Assembly (NCBI RefSeq): GCF_021869535.1
Contig: NW_026262637.1
Span: forward strand, 2,604,001-2,668,000
DNA from: Mytilus californianus
Taxonomy: Eukaryota
DNA length: 64,000 nucleotides
Direction: 5' to 3'
In this document: positions 12,796-24,400 of the stretch, one piece after another
Layout: each line of letters begins with the position of its first letter
Numbering within the stretch: the first letter of the stretch is position 1
Made by a program: the position numbers and the translations under genes
The notes under the pieces: generated by a model
Database searches by the model: none
Seen by the model: only the letters and a program-made list of their open reading frames with translations
Told to the model about the DNA's origin: nothing

Positions 12796-13405
12796 CTTCA
12801 ATTGAATAAAACAAATCAGTTTATTTTCCTAAATTGAATGACTTAGACATGCTAGATTTCATAAACTTACTGAAAATAGAGGACTTAATCATAACAGATC
12901 TGCTAGTTGTTAATAGTTATAGATAACTATATATGGAAAACAATAGATATAGATGTCTTTGAAAAGAAACCAAACAGCAAAATTATTAAGTACCGGATCG
13001 TCTAGTAAAGACGATATTATACATATATAATATATATATATATATTCTGAAGACATTTTTGATCGATTATTATTAAAGAAAACAATGAATTAGATATATA
13101 TATAATTTGTTAATACTCATTATTATGATCTACCAATTGTATTAAAGTTCAAAATTACTGTGTGTACTTTTTATGATACAGATTTCGATTGCAGTATACG
13201 TTGAACTGTGACTACCGACCAATTGATATATTTAGCTTATTTTCATATAACTTTTATGTTCGGTACAAAACAAACAGCGATAACAGGGTTGAAGTTTCCA
13301 ATGCCAAAGTTAAATCAAAATATTAGGATAGAAAATGTTTGAATAGGTATATACAATCATGTTAGCAAACATACTCACAATATTATAGTTTTTTTTTTAA
13401 CTTAC

Positions 13406-13477
13406 ACAGCAGATAAAAGCAGATTGTTCCTGAAAACACCATCAGTCACGCTTGTTATTTTGTTGTTCGATAAACCC
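13406..13477 (-). CDS. LRR gene exon 6 (72 nt, B-type): GLSNNKITSVTDGVFRNNLLLSA
   Basis: ttttttctaatgtAG acceptor, GTAAGT donor, phase 2/2. Confidence 0.87.
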
Positions 13478-16010
13478 CTACATTAGAAAAAACCATCAAG
13501 ATTTGTATTCAATTTAAATAAATTAGACTTCAAAAACTTAAAGAACATAGGGGAAGTACTTAAAATAGAGTCATTTATATCTATCTATTTACATGTTATA
13601 TGTCGAAATTTTCAAACAAAAGTAAATAAAACAACGAACAAAATTATGCAATCAATTATCAATTTTAAAGCAACTATTGCATTAATACTGACATTGATTT
13701 ATTACCAGATTCATTTGAAGTAAAACAATGTATTTTAAAGTTGTGCAACGATGTTTTTTGTTATATAATATGATTAGAATACACAAAACACAATAATGAT
13801 AGACAACCTTCTCATTTGTTTGTTGTCTCAAAACAGATGGTTAATGTCCACTTATGATGTACCTGTTATTTGATTAAGTGGTATAGACTTTAGTTTTATG
13901 TCTTTTTTATTCTTTTTATGTATAACTTTGAATTTGTTTGATGCTAAAATCATGACATTTTTCTAAGGTTGTTTGTTCACTTTTCGATAAGATTCAGACA
14001 TTAAGGATGTTTGGTAGCTGTGTTCATTCACTTATATCACATTCTTCTTAAATCCTAATTATCCTTTACAATGAACGTTCATATTTAACTTAAATAAGTT
14101 GAAAGTTATCTGACAACAGTGAGTTATAGGAATACAAAAAAGAAGGTTACGTTATCCTTTAACTTCCAGTTTTGCTATACAGATAATGTCCTCTCATTTA
14201 TAATTTACAAATAATTTATAAATAGCGTGTAAAACTATCTATCTTAACGAACTTTAAATAAAGGATTCATTTGAAATTTATTTTGACTAATATTTATTGA
14301 TAATGGTTGTTGTATTAATATCATATGATTTTAAATGAGAGTTACTGCTTTTGAGAAACAATGAGTTAAAAGAAGTAAAGTTAAAGAATTCTTTTTGAAA
14401 ATTGTCATCATTAGTTTATTAATTTTATGAAACATCTATGTTACAGATGACTACCGAAAAGCTTCAGTTGTCGGGCCACAATCTTCTCATATAGTCTTGA
14501 TAGTCACTTAGTCATTGATTCTCACCATGGTCAACACGATCGGTTTATAATATGGACCACGCACTGCCCTGACTGCGGAGCGATGTGATGTCCAGTGTAA
14601 GTTTAATGTCGGTCAGTTATATCAATTGTATGTATTATTTTATAGACTATTGTCCATCATATGGTTACATTTTTTTTATTTCTGTAGTGATGTTTGATGG
14701 TTTCTGGGCGTTCCTATTGTATCTTTTGCCTTCGTGTAATAACAAACTAGGCTGCTTGTCATTTGATAGTTTTGATAAACAATACTTACAGTATCAGCAA
14801 TTTGACATTATAGAAAAACAAATCAAGTGGCAAGGTCGTTAAAGAATTCCCATCTAAGTATCTTTAAAAAAATGTAATTGTTATAAGTATTGGGGGGAAA
14901 TATATAATATAAATACCAGAATCAAAAAATAAAAGTAGACTTTTTTATAAACCCGAAAAGATTGAGTACATTGTAATTACGATAATAATAGTCAAAAGAC
15001 CAAAATAAATACAATCGATAGTCGCTCTTCAGCGCTTGTTTTGTTATTGTATCTAAATTTCACATTGTAGACACTACATCTTCATTATAACGGATTTAAA
15101 AGGATTCAGAAACACAGGTAATCCTTTTTCGGCAATTTTCAGCATTTATTTAAAAATCAAATTAACAAAACGACGAAAATATTGTTTGGAATCACTTATG
15201 GTTTGATTTTGAACTTAAATGTAGGCTTTTAAATATGCACATGTGTTTAAAACATGTAGCGATATAAAACAAAATATGAAAACACATGCTGGAATTCCCG
15301 TGTCGATTATCATATATCCTGTTGCCATAATTTAAATTCTAGTTTCAATATTTGAAGAATTATTTTGTCTCTACAAAATATAGCCGGCTATTTTATCTCT
15401 TTTTTTATATAACAGAAAAAAAATTGCTCAGTTTTCAATTGACATTGCGTAAACTGTTTTAAGTCATTGTGTATTGGCAATCCCCATTTCAATTCATCTC
15501 AATTCGTCTCAAAGGAGCAAATTCTGACTCTTGTTTTAGTTCCTTTAAAATTGTATGATGTAGATCAGTTTTTACTGTATTGGTGTCTTAAATCACAGAT
15601 GACTGTCTATATGCGTCAGTTACCGGGGCCAAAAACCTAACAAAAAGTCTCGTTTACCACATAGTCGAATACCAAGGGACTTTCAATGTCACTTATATTG
15701 GGAAGCACGTCGTGTAATAACAAACTGGTCAGAATTTTTCCATTCATTTTCAAACTTTCTTTGTATCGATTGGTTTGATTAAAAATAAATGAAAAATATG
15801 CAAAGTTAATCATGCAATTCAATGTAAACGGTCAGTGTAAGAGGTGATTTATTTCGAGCATTACATTTAATTTGTATTCATAGAGCTCATATGTTCGATA
15901 TATCATAATTTTGAAGGTGAATCAAAATATTAGGATTGCAACTTCTTTGTAAGAGAAATACTATCATGTCAGTTAACATACTAACATAATTACAACTATT
16001 GTTTACATAC

Positions 16011-16082
16011 ATATATTTCAATGCCACATTGTTCCGGAAAACATCATCTGGTACGATGGCTAGATTGTTCTTCTGTAGAACC
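16011..16082 (-). CDS. LRR gene exon 5 (72 nt, A-type): VLQKNNLAIVPDDVFRNNVALKY
   Basis: ttttattcaatgtAG acceptor, GTATGT donor, phase 2/2. Confidence 0.87.
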
Positions 16083-16633
16083 CTACATTGAATAAAACAA
16101 ATCAGTTATTTTCTTCAATTCCATAACTTTTATTTCGAAAACTAACAGAAAATAGAGGAAGTACTTACAGTTATAATGAACTTAATCTTTAGTTGTGTGT
16201 ACTATTATTTGTCCCTTTGTTGTTTTCATTTTTAGCCATGGCGTTGTCAGTTAATTTTCGATTTATGAGTTTGATTGTTTCTCTTGTATCTTTCGCCCCT
16301 CTTTTATAGAAGAGTAATAATTGCATATACAAGTATATATAATGTGTCGATAGTTAAGAAAGAACTACTTTAAAAAAAAACAAAAAAAACCAGCAAATTT
16401 ACTATGTACGAGATCATCTAGTAACGCCGATACTACACATATATACATATATATTATGAGAAATTGTTTGGACGTATAACATACAAAATAAACAGAGAAT
16501 TAGAAGAGATATGATTGAAATGTTTAGATTTTGATACTCATTGTTTTTTTTCTTTGTGATTACCGTCCAATTGATATATTCAGTTTGTCTTTATTGAGTT
16601 AACATATATATGTTCGGTACAAACAAACAGCAA

Positions 16634-16910
16634 TTAGGGAGCTACCATTTGATTTTTATGGGGGGGGGGGGGGGGGGGGGGGGGCTAGGATGAAATTTGA
16701 AAAAAATAGGCAGGACAGGAGTATTGAGTAAAAAAAAGGCAGGATGAGACACTTGCAAAAAAAAAAGTCAGGATGACAATTAAGGTAAAAAAAAGTCAGG
16801 ATAAACTTTAAAAAAAAAGGCAGGACCGAATAGAGTGAAAAATAAAAAGGCAGGACAGAGATTACAATTAAAAAAAATGCAGGACAAAATTTTTCATCCT
16901 TAGAATAATT
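16634..16910. mobile_element. Truncated MITE-like repeat (GGGAGCTACCATTTGA head, poly-G run, AAAAAGGCAGGA repeats)
   Basis: G homopolymer at ~16660-16685 and about six aaaaggcagga/aaaagtcagga units. The second terminus was not seen. Confidence 0.45.
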
Positions 16911-17489
16911 AAAATTTAAAATTATTTTGAATTTTAGTCTAGAAATCTTCATACCCAAAACTAATTTTTATCATTCCTTATATCATCTAAACTTTTAATT
17001 TCTGGTGTCTCAGAACTCCCAACCTCGCTACCATGGTAAAATATGACATTCAGAAATGGCGTGTGAACCTTCAACTTCAATAGCCAGGCACAACTCAAGG
17101 AAAGATACAAATGAATGAAAAAAATGGCATTTTGATGACAAAGATGTTATTTTCCCTGTAGAATCTGTTCTTTTTTAAATATGCCCTTTTCTAATAAAAA
17201 ACATAACAGAAGTGACATACAATCTAACCATACCTACACCACAAGTCAACTTTCTTGTCAATTTTAAAAATTTCGTATTCTTTTAAAAAACACGAAACAA
17301 CAATCTTCCAAGAAAAGAAATAACCACGGTGCAAACGAATGCCATGATGTTTTCTGTTGTGGTTCGTTTTGATGATGTGTAGTGTCTTATCTTTTAAAGT
17401 CCAAATAATTGTGAAATAGCCTTCAATACCGTCATTGTAATGATAACTCATCGGACTGGTAATTAGAAAATAATTGTATGAAATATCAG

Positions 17490-17720
17490 AACGACATATT
17501 CGTTACATTTGTTTCCTGTACCAAGTCAGGAATATAGCAGTTTGTATACAGTTCGTTTCTATGAATGTTAATGTTTAGTATTTTTTTTTTGCTTTGATGT
17601 GTTCCTGTTGTTCTTTGTTTAGTTGATGTGTTTTCCTCGGTTTTAGTTTGTAACCCAGATTTGTTTTCTTTCAATCGATTTTTTACTTTTGAAAAGCGAT
17701 TAACTACTGTTGCCTTTTGT
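17490..17720. repeat. Interspersed repeat family M2 (my label; CAAGTCAGGAATATGGCAGTT ... CTACTGTTGCCTTT)
   Basis: Also at ~26280-26490, with partial copies at ~19520-19600 and ~38000-38030 (inverted). Confidence 0.75.
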
Positions 17721-17829
17721 TTGCAATCCTAAAGTTAAATAAAAAATATTAGGATAAGTAATTATCCATTAGGAAAACTCTTTCATGTCAGCAAACACAT
17801 TCACAAAAGTACAGTTCGTTTTTACTTAC

Positions 17830-17901
17830 AAAGAAGTTAAAACCACATTTTCCCTGAATACACCATTAGGTACGCTTGTTAGTTTGTTGTTCGATATATC
17901 C
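17830..17901 (-). CDS. LRR gene exon 4 (72 nt, B-type): DISNNKLTSVPNGVFRENVVLTS
   Basis: ctttattacttgtAG acceptor, GTAAGT donor, phase 2/2. Confidence 0.88.
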
Positions 17902-18028
17902 CTACAAGTAATAAAGTTATACAGGTGGTTTTCTTTCAAATAGATAAATTAGACTCCGAAAACTTACAGAAAGTACTTATACATGTTATAGGAAAGTAAT
18001 TCTTTTGCATGTACAGTAGAACTTTGAA

Positions 18029-19160
18029 GCGCAATGGTGCTCTTAAGTTCAATGGTCACGCTAGAGTGCGATGGTCTACGCTAAAGTAGGATGTTGTATC
18101 GTTCTAAAATGCGATGGTTTACTTGTTTGCTAAAGTACGGTGGAACATCACGCTAAAGTACGATGGACTTATATGGTAAGGTCGGAGGGCTTGAAACGTT
18201 AGACTACATAAATGCTAAAATAATGTCTTTTCTGCAAAAACTAGTATGCTAAGGTATAACACATGTGATACTCTTTATAATTCACCGGTAGGCATATGTA
18301 CAAGTACCCGGCCACGTCCACTTGTATTTGTAGTATTTGTGTTTTTATCCATCTGGTGAGTTAAGCCTTTTTCAACTGATTTTTATAGTTCGTTATAATG
18401 TTGTACTGTTACACCACTGTCCCAGGTTAGGGGGAGGGTTGGGATCCCGCTAACATGTTTAACTCCGCCACATTCTGTATGTTTGTGCCTGTCCCAAGTC
18501 ATGAGCCTGTAATTCAGTGGTTGTCGTTTGTTTATGTGTTTAATTGCTTAAAATGTAATTTATATGTCACAAAATACTATTGTTCCTGTAAATGTTTTTG
18601 TATAACAATTTAATTAAACATTTGGATAATTTTTGTAGCTTGCCGTTTACACAGTTTATCCAACATCCAGACACCTCCCTTTATAGTCGTCATTGTAAAT
18701 TACAAATACAAAAATCGTTCATTGTCGAAATATAAGTAACAATTTGTTGTACAAGCTTAAATGCAAATGCGAGAGAAAGGCAAAACCCGCCGGGCTTACT
18801 CTTTTTTAGTAGCGAGTACAAATACATGTTATATTTTCCAATAGTGTACAAACTATGTTTTAGCAGGATACAGGAAATGCGTATACCTTTTATATCTAAC
18901 AAGTATTTGTTTAGCACCACTTAACACCATTTACCTCAACTGACAAAGAAAGGTTAAGTTTGAAACTTAGTTATGGATATCTTGATTTAAAAAATTGTTA
19001 ATCAATACTTATTGATTTATTGTTCGGCATGCTAGTTTTTGGTATGTAAAAACGATTGTGAGCGTCATAATTTAACTACGATTCTTTAGTCTATACTTTC
19101 GCGGACAATCGGACTTTAGCGTGATCATCATGCTTTAGAATCTACAACGCACTAATCATT
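18029..19160. mobile_element. Candidate TIR element with inverted subterminal CACGCTAAAGT repeats, interrupted by an M1 copy
   Basis: cacgctaaagt/cgctaaagt repeats at ~18050-18170, inverted copy actttagcgtga at 19113-19124. Confidence 0.45.
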
Positions 19161-20420
19161 CCTACATATACAAGTACATATACTGTGTCGATATGAAATG
19201 AAGAACGACTTAAATTAACGAACAAAATTATGCAGTATGCAAAACATTTTACAGCATATAGTGCATTAAATCTGAAAGCAATTTATTACCAGACGCGCAT
19301 TGGGTTGTCGTTTCTTTTTTTGGGAAATTTTCGATGTCATTCTGCGGTAAACCATGTACTATTACACATTAAAAATATGTATTTCTCTGTTCTGAGTGTT
19401 CATGCGTTTTTTTTAACTGTAAAAATTGTACGTAGTTTTAACCTTTTAGCAGTATTTTTAACATTACCATACAAGTGAGAGGTTTACCTAATCATAATAG
19501 TAGGTTCAACGTACCAATATTTATTTAAATGTCTTGTATCAAGTCAGGAATTAGTAGTTGCTGTCAAATAGTTCGTTTCAATATTTGTCGGTGTTTTGAT
19601 TTGTTGCTGTTCAATGGTTCTGTATTTGCGTTGTTATAAATAATACTTACAGGTCTTGCAAATCAACGTTAGAGGAGAACAGATTAATTGGTAAGGTTGT
19701 CAAAGAGTTCCTAGAGATGGATCTTTTAAAAATGTTAATATTACTAATATCGGGAAAAATATATATGATATTAATACAAAAATCTAAACATGAAAGTACA
19801 GGCTCTTATGAAACCGAACAGAGAGAGTAGTTATGCATAGTTATAGTCAAAAGAAAAAAACACAACCGGTTGTCAAGCGTTACTACTAGTTTTAATATCT
19901 TATTTTTGTTGGACACCATATACACTGCATCTCCATTACAATGGATTAAAAAGGATTCAGTAACAGCGCCAAGTAATCTTTGTTACACAACTTTGAACAA
20001 TCGTTTTAACATCAAAGTTACCATTGTTAAACATGCTATAGCTTTATAGAAATAAACTAAAAAAGAAAGCTGGAATTCCCATGTCGATTTCTATAATTTG
20101 AACGTGTTGTATATTTCGAAAGAAAAACCGAGAGATATTTGAAATCGTGTTGTCTGATCGTTGGTCGAGTTATTGTCTCTTTGACATATTCCCAATTTCC
20201 ATTCGCAATTTTACCTGTATGTGTTTTTGTCATAACTCAAATATGGTTTTCGAGTTTCAAATTCTATCAGATATCAATATTTGTAGAATTCTTTTGCCTT
20301 TACAAAACGTTATAGCCAGCTGTTTTCGTCTCTTTTTTTTTAATATATCAGAAAATATTCGCTGAGTTTTCAATTTACATTGCGTGAAATGTTTCATAAT
20401 GTGCATGTCATTGTGAATTG

Positions 20421-20965
20421 ACAATTCCCTTATCAATTCAACACAATTCCCTGATCAATTCAACACAATTCCCTTATAAATTCAACACAATTCCCTTATC
20501 AATTCAACACAATTCCCTTATCAGTTCAACACATTCCCTTATCAATTCAACACAATTCCCTGATCAATTCAACACAATTCCCTGATCAATTCAACACAAT
20601 TCCCTTATCAATTCAACACAATTCCCTTATCAATTCAACACAATTCCCTGATCAATTCAACACAATTCCCTGATCAATTCAACACAATTCCCTGATCAAT
20701 TCAACACAATTCCCTGATCAATTCAACACAATTCCCTTATCAATTCAACACAATTCAACACAATTCCCTTATCAATTCAACACAATTCCCTTATCAATTC
20801 AACACAATTCCCTTATCAATTCAACACAATTCCCTTATCAATTCAACACAATTCCCTTATCAATTCAACACAATTCCCTCATCAATTCAACACAATTCCC
20901 TTATCAATTCAACACAATTCCCTTATCAATTCAACACAATTCCCTTATCAATTCAACACAATTCC
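20421..20965. repeat. 22-bp minisatellite (CAATTCCCTTATCAATTCAACA)n, about 24-25 copies
   Basis: Head-to-tail units with CTTAT/CTGAT variants and no spacers. Confidence 0.97.
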
Positions 20966-21412
20966 TATAGAATTATTACTGCTTTCGTGTTATCTCTTAG
21001 AATGTTTAACAAATATCATAACATAAGGTCTATATTACAACATAATCGAATAGCGTGAGACTAATCATTGTCACATACTAAATAAAAAAAACTCGATGGG
21101 ATTGATTGCCCCTTCTGTGTCTCCTGCGTTAATGTTATACCAAAATGGTTAGTAATTATATACATGATTAACTTTTATTTTCATTGATTGGTTTTGATTT
21201 AAAATTACTGAAAAATAAGCACAGTTAATCAGTTCAATGTAAACGGTTCATGAAAGAGATAATTATTCAATTATTAAATGTAATTGTCTCCATATGTTCG
21301 GCATAATATATTCTGGAAGTTGAATCAAAATATCTGGGTAACAACTTCATGTTCGGGAAATAATATCATTTCAGTAAACATACTAACATGATTACAATTA
21401 TTGTTTACTTAC

Positions 21413-21484
21413 AATTTTTCTAATGCCACGTTGTTCCTGAAGACGTCTTCCGGTACGATGGTTAGACTGTTGTTCAACAAATCA
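21413..21484 (-). CDS. LRR gene exon 3 (72 nt, A-type): DLLNNSLTIVPEDVFRNNVALEK
   Basis: gatttattcaatgtAG acceptor, GTAAGT donor, phase 2/2. Confidence 0.88.
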
Positions 21485-24400
21485 CTACATTGAATAAATC
21501 AAATATTTTCTTTTTAATTAAATGACTCAGATTTCGAAAACTTACTTACATAAAGGGAGTACCTATATGAGAATAACTCTTATATATACAAATACATATC
21601 ATGTGTCGATATGACACATAACTTACCATTTATAGGTCACAACGGCCTTTAATTATGAACAAAGAACATATCTGATAGGCAGATATAAAAGGCCCTGCAC
21701 CTACTGATGCCAAGCAATTTAAACGAGAAAACTAATTGCCAAAGTTATTTGAAAATTATTAACGAAAAACCAAATTTGTATCAAAGCAACAAACGACAAC
21801 CACTAGCAATTAACATTTTTTGAACTCAGGAAAACACTTGCAAGATACTTTTTGAAATCAAATTACTGTGTGTAATGCAAAGTCAAAGGGAAACATATAA
21901 TATGCACTACTGGGCGGCGGTGTTCCATTCGGCATTTAAGCTGGTTGTGCCGACCATCTCCTTTTGAAAGCCGATCACCTTTCCATTTTTTTCGGTGGTC
22001 GGCTTTTTTTTCAAATTCCGGCTTTTTTTTAGGTTCTGCACTGTAACAAATTAAATACTAATGGCTGATTTGTTTTCATTGACAAAAATTGCCGATCGTC
22101 AAATTTCAATGTTTTCTTTAATAATTGGGGAAAGAGAAAGGCAGATGACGAATGTCATAAGGTAAATTCTTGGCCGAATAAGTCAACAAAAACGAATAGT
22201 TGTATTGGAATTGTTGAAATTGAAAAAAAACACATCAAAACAACGGAAAAGGCACGCAAGCGCAGATAAATAAGAACAGGACTTTAAATTACTGTTCTGT
22301 GTGCCAAAAATACACCACTAAAGCGAAGAAGATATCTATTAAGTTAACCAAATTGCTTCTGATTTTGTAGCGTGTTTATTTGTTAGGCTGTTACACAACC
22401 TTCCCAAGGTATGGATAAAAGGTGTGTGTGTTCCAAAATTAGTAACCTGTAGTACAGTAGTTGTCGTATTATCCTGCCTGTCATATTTTTTTTTGTTAAT
22501 GTTTTGTTATGAATATAGCTATTAGTTTTCTCGTTTAAATTGTTCACACATGTTAGGCTTATGACTTGTTAATTCAGCCACCTTCAAAGTATGGGTTTAC
22601 CTCATTATTGAAGGCCGTACAGTGACTTAAATTGCTTTATACCACTTCAGTTTATCTTCATTTGATATATGTCTCATTGACAATCAGACCAGATCTCCTC
22701 GTTTTTATATCAGATATATTTATTTTTGTTATCAGAAAAGCTGTTTAGCATGTTTAAACCAATTTTCTTATGAGTAAGGAATTGCATTTTATGACATTGA
22801 TTTCAAACTTGTTTTCATTTGTGTTTTTTTTTTTTATTTAACTTCTAAACTGCGTTTAAAGAGAAAGCTAGGTCAATCTACACAAGATAAAATTTAAAAA
22901 GCTTTAATTCAATGTGAGTTTTTATAAGTGCATGTAGTAAAATATTATGCGTAATTTAAAACATAACATTTTTGTTGATTTTATGCCAAAAGCATTTTGT
23001 CTATATAATGCTCCCTTACGTTTTCATAACTCTACTTTCATTGAAATATTTGACTTCAATGTAGATACTTAATAAAAATCAAATTGAATTCATTTATTAA
23101 AAAAATAAAATTCACAAGCATTTTCTGATCAATCTAAAATTGCATATCATGTTTTTTGTTTGCTTTTTTTTTTTTTTACATTTTTCTAATAAAAAGAACT
23201 AGATTTTAACTGTGTCAACACTTAAAAATGCAATAATGTCAGAACACAGGTACATTAGAAAAAGCACATTAAAATACTTTTGCATAAACCATGATAGCTC
23301 AATAAAGAATTGACAGAAAAATAAGAAAGATTATTTTCTGTTCTCATCACAACATATTTAACCCCTAAATGTGCTTGCTTTCACAGACTACATTAAGTTT
23401 CAGAGGTGAATCCTGAAAGGGGTGTGTTTGCCCGGGATCTTTAACACTCCCTTTTAACCCCTGGATCTGTCAATGATCGGACATTGGAGGTTTGCGGGTA
23501 ATAAAAAAATTTCTGCCCAGTTCTAAACATTTTTTTTTCATTACAAATTTTATTAATTACACTATTAATTGTTACTTTATGATATGGTACAAAAATCTAC
23601 CCAACAAAATCGATTTGTTTTGGTCGCAGATGACTTTCAAAATGTTGATATGATTGAAAAATCTAAAAATTATCTTCCTTGGTCCAAAAATGCCATGTTT
23701 TTGCATTAAAATTGAGATATCTTTTTTAAATCACCGGTGACCTATATTTTTTTATTATTTGTTTTCAAATAAGCTGTACTGAAACTAAACAACTGTAAAA
23801 TTTAGGCGATTTCTGTAATTTAGTTCTTTTTTTATTTCGATATTACCTCTATTTCTCTATTCAACAGAAAAAAAGTCATCAACAAAAATGCATGTTTCGT
23901 TCAAAGGCAGACTGTGAGCTTAAATCGACGGTGACCCCATTTTTTAAAAATTTTTCTATTAAGTATATGATAAATTTCATTAATAGGAAAAAAAGCGAAA
24001 TTCTATATTTGAAAAAAATGGATTTATACCCTCGAGCCCGCTTAACTTGTTTTGAATGTAGTGACTCTTCTGTCTATTCGAAACATACTGCATGTACAAT
24101 ATGTGTTGATGATGTAAAAGCATTTATATTTTGCTAATTGGGGGAGTGTCATCGTCCAGTAGGAATAGCAATTATATTGTCTAGTTAGTCACGGATATGA
24201 AGAAATCTGTCATATATTAAAATTGGAAGCAATACATTCAGCAATATTTGAACACTGCCGCATATAAGCACATATCATCACATCAAAACACAGATGCGTA
24301 GCATCATCATCCTAACATATAAAGAATTATGTGACTCATAACCTATTATCATCTATATAGAAGTTAGAAGATGTGGTATGAGTGACAATGAGACAACTTT

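Noticed and set aside
20421-20965. CRISPR-like regular repeat
   Set aside because: Units are contiguous with no unique spacers, there are no cas genes, and the context is a eukaryotic intron.
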